Assembly: GCA_963765625.1 (NCBI GenBank)
Contig: CAVXXD010000005.1
Coordinates: 322,008 to 386,007, forward strand
Direction: 5' to 3'
From: an uncultured bacterium
Lineage (GTDB): Bacteria; Actinomycetota; Geothermincolia; Geothermincolales; Geothermincolaceae
DNA: 64,000 nucleotides
Positions 61,213 through 64,000 of this stretch are shown piece by piece; position 1 is the stretch's first letter; each line of letters opens with the position of its first letter. The notes under the pieces were generated by a model. The model searched no databases and was not told the origin of the DNA. It saw only the letters and a list, made by a program, of their open reading frames with translations. Made by a program: the position numbers and the translations under genes.

Positions 61213-62313
61213 TCAGCCCTCCGCCCGCCAGGGAGTCATCTCCGAGCTGGAGACGATGACTTCCACTCCCTGTCCGGCCAGCCTCTCCGCGAGGAAGGAG
61301 GCCAGGCGGGGCAGAACCACCTTCTCGGTGGCGGCATGCCCGGCATCTATGACGTGCAGGCCCAGGTCGAGAGCCCGCAGGGCGGCGTGGTACCTGATGT
61401 CCCCGGTGACCAGGACGTCGGCCTGCTCGGCCGCCGCGTCAATCACTTCCCCACCGCTGCCCCCGCAGACCGCCACCCTTTCCAGGTGGCGCCCGGCATC
61501 GCCCACGAAACGCAGGCCCCTCGCCTCCAGGCGTTCACGGCAGATGTCCCCCAGTTCCTTGAGGGTCATGGGGCGGGGCAGTCTGCCCACGCGGCCCAGT
61601 CCGGCTTCCAGGTCCTCCAGGGGATAGACGTCTATGGCGGGCTCCTCGTAAGGATGTACTTCTTTTAACCTCTGCATAACCTGGCTGAGACGGTCCTTCT
61701 CCAGCACCACCTCCAGGCGGGCTTCCTCCACCCGGTTGAGCCTCCCCGCCTCGCCCACGCTCGGGCTGGCGCCGGGCCCCGGCTCGAAGGTGCCCTCCCC
61801 CGCCACCTGGAAGGTGCAGCACTGGTAGTTGCCGATGCGTCCCGCCCCGCCCTCGCAGAGGGCATGGCGCACTTCTTCCACCTGGTCCCGGGGAACGAAG
61901 GTCACCAGCTTGACGCGGTGGGGCAGGCTCATGTGGGTGAGAGGCCTGACTTCCTGCAGTTCCAGCGCGTCCGCCAGGGCCACGCTCACCCCTCCCTCGA
62001 CCACGTCGAGATTGGTGTGGGCTACGTAAAGGGTGACGCCCTCCGCCAGCAGTTCGCGGACCAGTCGGGCGACGGGTTCCTTGAGGTTGAGGCTGCGCAG
62101 CGGCTCGAAGATGAGGGGGTGGTGGCTGACGATGAGCCCTGCCCCGGCCGCGGCGGCTTCTTTGACCACTTCGGCGGTGACGGTGAGGGTGACCAGCACC
62201 TTGCCGGTTTCTCCACTTTCGTCACCCACCTGCAGCCCCACGTTATCCCACGAGGCCGCATATTCCTCCGGCGCGAGTTCGCGCACGTTGTCGACGATGT
62301 CCTTGATCTTCAA
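61213..62313 (-). CDS. Nif3-like dinuclear metal centre protein (GTP cyclohydrolase I type 2 homologue)
   Basis: N-terminal WDNVGLQVG...LIVSHHPLIF and C-terminal VTGDIRYH...IDAGHAATE halves of the Nif3 fold. Confidence 0.85.
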   Translation of the reverse strand: MKIKDIVDNVRELAPEEYAASWDNVGLQVGDESGETGKVLVTLTVTAEVVKEAAAAGAGLIVSHHPLIFEPLRSLNLKEPVARLVRELLAEGVTLYVAHTNLDVVEGGVSVALADALELQEVRPLTHMSLPHRVKLVTFVPRDQVEEVRHALCEGGAGRIGNYQCCTFQVAGEGTFEPGPGASPSVGEAGRLNRVEEARLEVVLEKDRLSQVMQRLKEVHPYEEPAIDVYPLEDLEAGLGRVGRLPRPMTLKELGDICRERLEARGLRFVGDAGRHLERVAVCGGSGGEVIDAAAEQADVLVTGDIRYHAALRALDLGLHVIDAGHAATEKVVLPRLASFLAERLAGQGVEVIVSSSEMTPWRAEG

Positions 62314-62367
62314 AATCGCACTCCTCTGTCCGCGGAGCCTGGTCCCTTTCCTGATATTCTACCACGC

Positions 62368-63274
62368 TCACTCGAAACGGCAGGCGCCGTGCAGGCAGGA
62401 GCCGCCCTCGATCTCCAGGGTGGCGTGGGCCATGCCGAACTGCTCTCGCAGCATCTCCTTGATATCCCGGAGGATGTCCTGGCACTCCCCGACGCTGTCG
62501 GAGTCCATGGCCACGTGCGCGCTCAAGGCGTAGATGTTGGAGCCGATCTCCCAGACGTGGAGGTCGTGGACGTCGTTGACCCCCGTAAACCCCAGCATGG
62601 CGTCGAGGATGTCCTGGATGTCAAGGCCGCGGGGGACCGCCTCCATGAGGATGTTCACCGACTCGCCGATGATACGGAAGGCGCCGGCCAGGATGACCAG
62701 CCCGATGACCATGGTCATGATGGGGTCCACTATCCACCAGCCCGTCAGGAGGATGACGATGCCGGAAGCGACCACGCCCAGGGAGACCAGGGCATCCGCC
62801 ATCAGGTGCAGGAAGGCGCTGCGGATATTGAGGTCCTGGCGGCCGCGCAGCAGGAGGAGAGCCACGCCCCCGTTGACCAGGAAGCCCAGGGCGGCCACGA
62901 TCACCACTATCCCTCCCTTGACCTCGGGAGGTTCGCTCAAGCGCATTATCGCTTCGTAGAAGAGATAGAAACAGATCAGTACGATGATCATGGAGTTGAA
63001 GAAAGCCACCAGTATGCCGGTGCGGTGGTAGCCGAAGGTCCGCTTCTTGTCGCTGCGACCTGGCCATGATCAGGACCGCGACAAGAGAGAGGGCCAGGGC
63101 CAGGGAATCGGTGAAGTTGTGCCCGGCGTCACCCAGCAGGGCCAGGCTCCCCGCTACCAGGGCGAAGGCCACCTCTACGGCCATGAACATCGTATTGGCG
63201 GCTATGGCGAAGATGAGCCTGCCGCGCGCCTGGAATTCGTGCCCGTGGTGGTGCCCGTGTGCTTTCTTGTCCAT
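62368..63274 (-). CDS. Cation diffusion facilitator family transporter (CzcD/ZitB-like); frameshifted near 63040
   Basis: His-rich N-terminus, the cation-diffusion-facilitator TM signature in two overlapping ORFs, and a C-terminal cytoplasmic domain. Confidence 0.75.
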
Positions 63275-63316
63275 CCATCTAGATTATTCCATTTGAGAGA
63301 ATGAAACCACGGGTCT

Positions 63317-63344
63317 TTGAACGGCCGGAGGGATGTTGTATAAT
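63317..63344 (+). promoter_or_regulatory. Sigma-70-like promoter for the bS22 gene
   Basis: TTGAAC, a 16-bp spacer, then TATAAT, placed 45 bp upstream of the ATG. A GAAGGAG RBS is at 63376-63382. Confidence 0.5.
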
Positions 63345-63388
63345 TACCGAGTTCGTCAGCAGAGTCTGATCCGTAGAAGGAGTGATGA

Positions 63389-63484
63389 ATGAGCAGCGTA
63401 GTCAAGAAACGCCGTAAGAAGATGAGGAAGAAGAAGCACAAGAAGCTTCTCAAGCGTACACGCTGGCAACGGCGGAACAAGTAG
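63389..63484 (+). CDS. 30S ribosomal protein bS22 (AURKAIP1-like small basic protein)
   Basis: The 31-aa sequence MSSVVKKRRKKMRKKKHKKLLKRTRWQRRNK closely matches mycobacterial bS22. Good promoter, RBS and terminator. Below the 60-aa ORF-track threshold. Confidence 0.7.
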   Translation: MSSVVKKRRKKMRKKKHKKLLKRTRWQRRNK

Positions 63485-63537
63485 TACCGCGGGTGGCGGA
63501 CGCGTTGTCCGCATACCCGAGCTTAACCTGATAAGAA

Positions 63538-63570
63538 GGACGGGCCCTCACGGGTCCGTCTTCTTCTCTA
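63538..63570 (+). terminator. Rho-independent terminator after the bS22 gene
   Basis: GACGGGCCC-tcac-GGGTCCGTC hairpin followed by TTCTTCTCTATCTTTCTTCTT. Confidence 0.5.
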
Positions 63571-63658
63571 TCTTTCTTCTTATGCTATTCGATTGAAGGC
63601 ACAGACCCGCTTCAATATAATGTCATAACAGTACCGGCCCTGAAGAACGGCGGAAACA

Positions 63659-64000
63659 TGAGACGGATCGCGAAGTGCCTGGTGATGGCGGCAGCAGCCG
63701 CGGCCCTGCTGCTGGCGATGCTGCCGTCGGTACCGGTTGCCGCGGGCTCGAAAGTCGTCAGCTACCGGGTGGCGTACGAACAGAGCGGCAGGTCTTTCTC
63801 GGTATCCGTGACCTTTGACGCCGCGGGCGACTCAACCTCCCTCAACATGACCAGGAACTGGGGAAGTGGCCCGGACCTGGCGCTCCCGTACGGCTATTTC
63901 CTGATCAAGGAGGCGTCCTCTTCTCAAGGCTCCGTTTCGTTGGCCGAGACGGATGAGGGCTGGGATGTCAAAGGCCAGGGGGAGATCAATGTCATCTACC
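63659..64000 (+). CDS. Secreted hypothetical protein, 5' part only; the gene runs off the window end
   Basis: Signal-peptide-like N-terminus MRRIAKCLVMAAAAAALLLAMLPSVPVAAG. The ORF is open at the window end. Confidence 0.4.

Noticed and set aside
1-64000. Searched for an obvious defence island, prophage, IS element, integrase or toxin-antitoxin pair
   Set aside because: No recombinase, transposase, nuclease/helicase, restriction-modification or phage structural genes are recognisable. The window looks like core chromosome with accessory surface proteins rather than a mobile island.

Overview
This is a high-GC (about 63-65%) chromosomal window from what looks like an anaerobic bacterium. It contains roughly 70 protein-coding genes, one tRNA-Lys(TTT) and no rRNA, CRISPR array, IS element or transposase.

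Gene content:
- Anaerobe oxidative-stress genes: desulfoferrodoxin and rubrerythrin, both intact.
- A scattered butyrate/beta-oxidation set: thiolase, acyl-CoA dehydrogenase, 3-hydroxyacyl-CoA dehydrogenase, crotonase (frameshifted) and an old-yellow-enzyme-family enoate/dienoyl-CoA reductase (frameshifted).
- An actinobacterial-type Nif3 / zinc-ribbon (COG1579) / RNase HI block, followed by a promoter-equipped 31-aa ribosomal protein bS22 gene. Together these suggest an Actinomycetota-like lineage.
- Metal and membrane transport: a copper-translocating P-type ATPase with a C-terminal YHS domain, a cation diffusion facilitator efflux protein, a MacB-like ABC pair (FtsX-like permease plus ATPase), a mechanosensitive channel and an acetate uptake transporter.
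- Two very large secreted proteins (1671 and 862 aa) with BNR/Asp-box repeats.
- Carotenoid-related homologues: lycopene-cyclase-family, CrtC/AttH-like and CrtI-family genes.
- Many Fe-S proteins.

Unusual points, in my order of interest:
1. Three paralogous proteins (about 370 aa) of the form zinc ribbon / V4R-like domain / second zinc ribbon (CPxCGVPL) / V4R-like domain. Two of them sit in operons with an orphan CheY-like response regulator and a PAS histidine kinase, which suggests an undescribed signalling module.
2. Two related families of about 90-100 bp hairpin-forming palindromic repeat elements sharing GGGGTCAG...CTGACCCC termini, four copies, all exactly at gene boundaries.
3. Two tandem paralogous membrane proteins ending in a HAMP domain with no output domain.
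4. Two tandem paralogous multi-pass membrane proteins of unknown family.
5. A perfect 15-bp tandem repeat encoding (YQYPQ)n in a zinc-ribbon/TPR membrane protein.

Caveat: at least about 20 frameshifts interrupt otherwise recognisable genes across the window, roughly one per 3 kb. This is more consistent with uncorrected single-base indel errors in the assembly than with pseudogenisation, so every 'frameshifted' call below should be read with that in mind.
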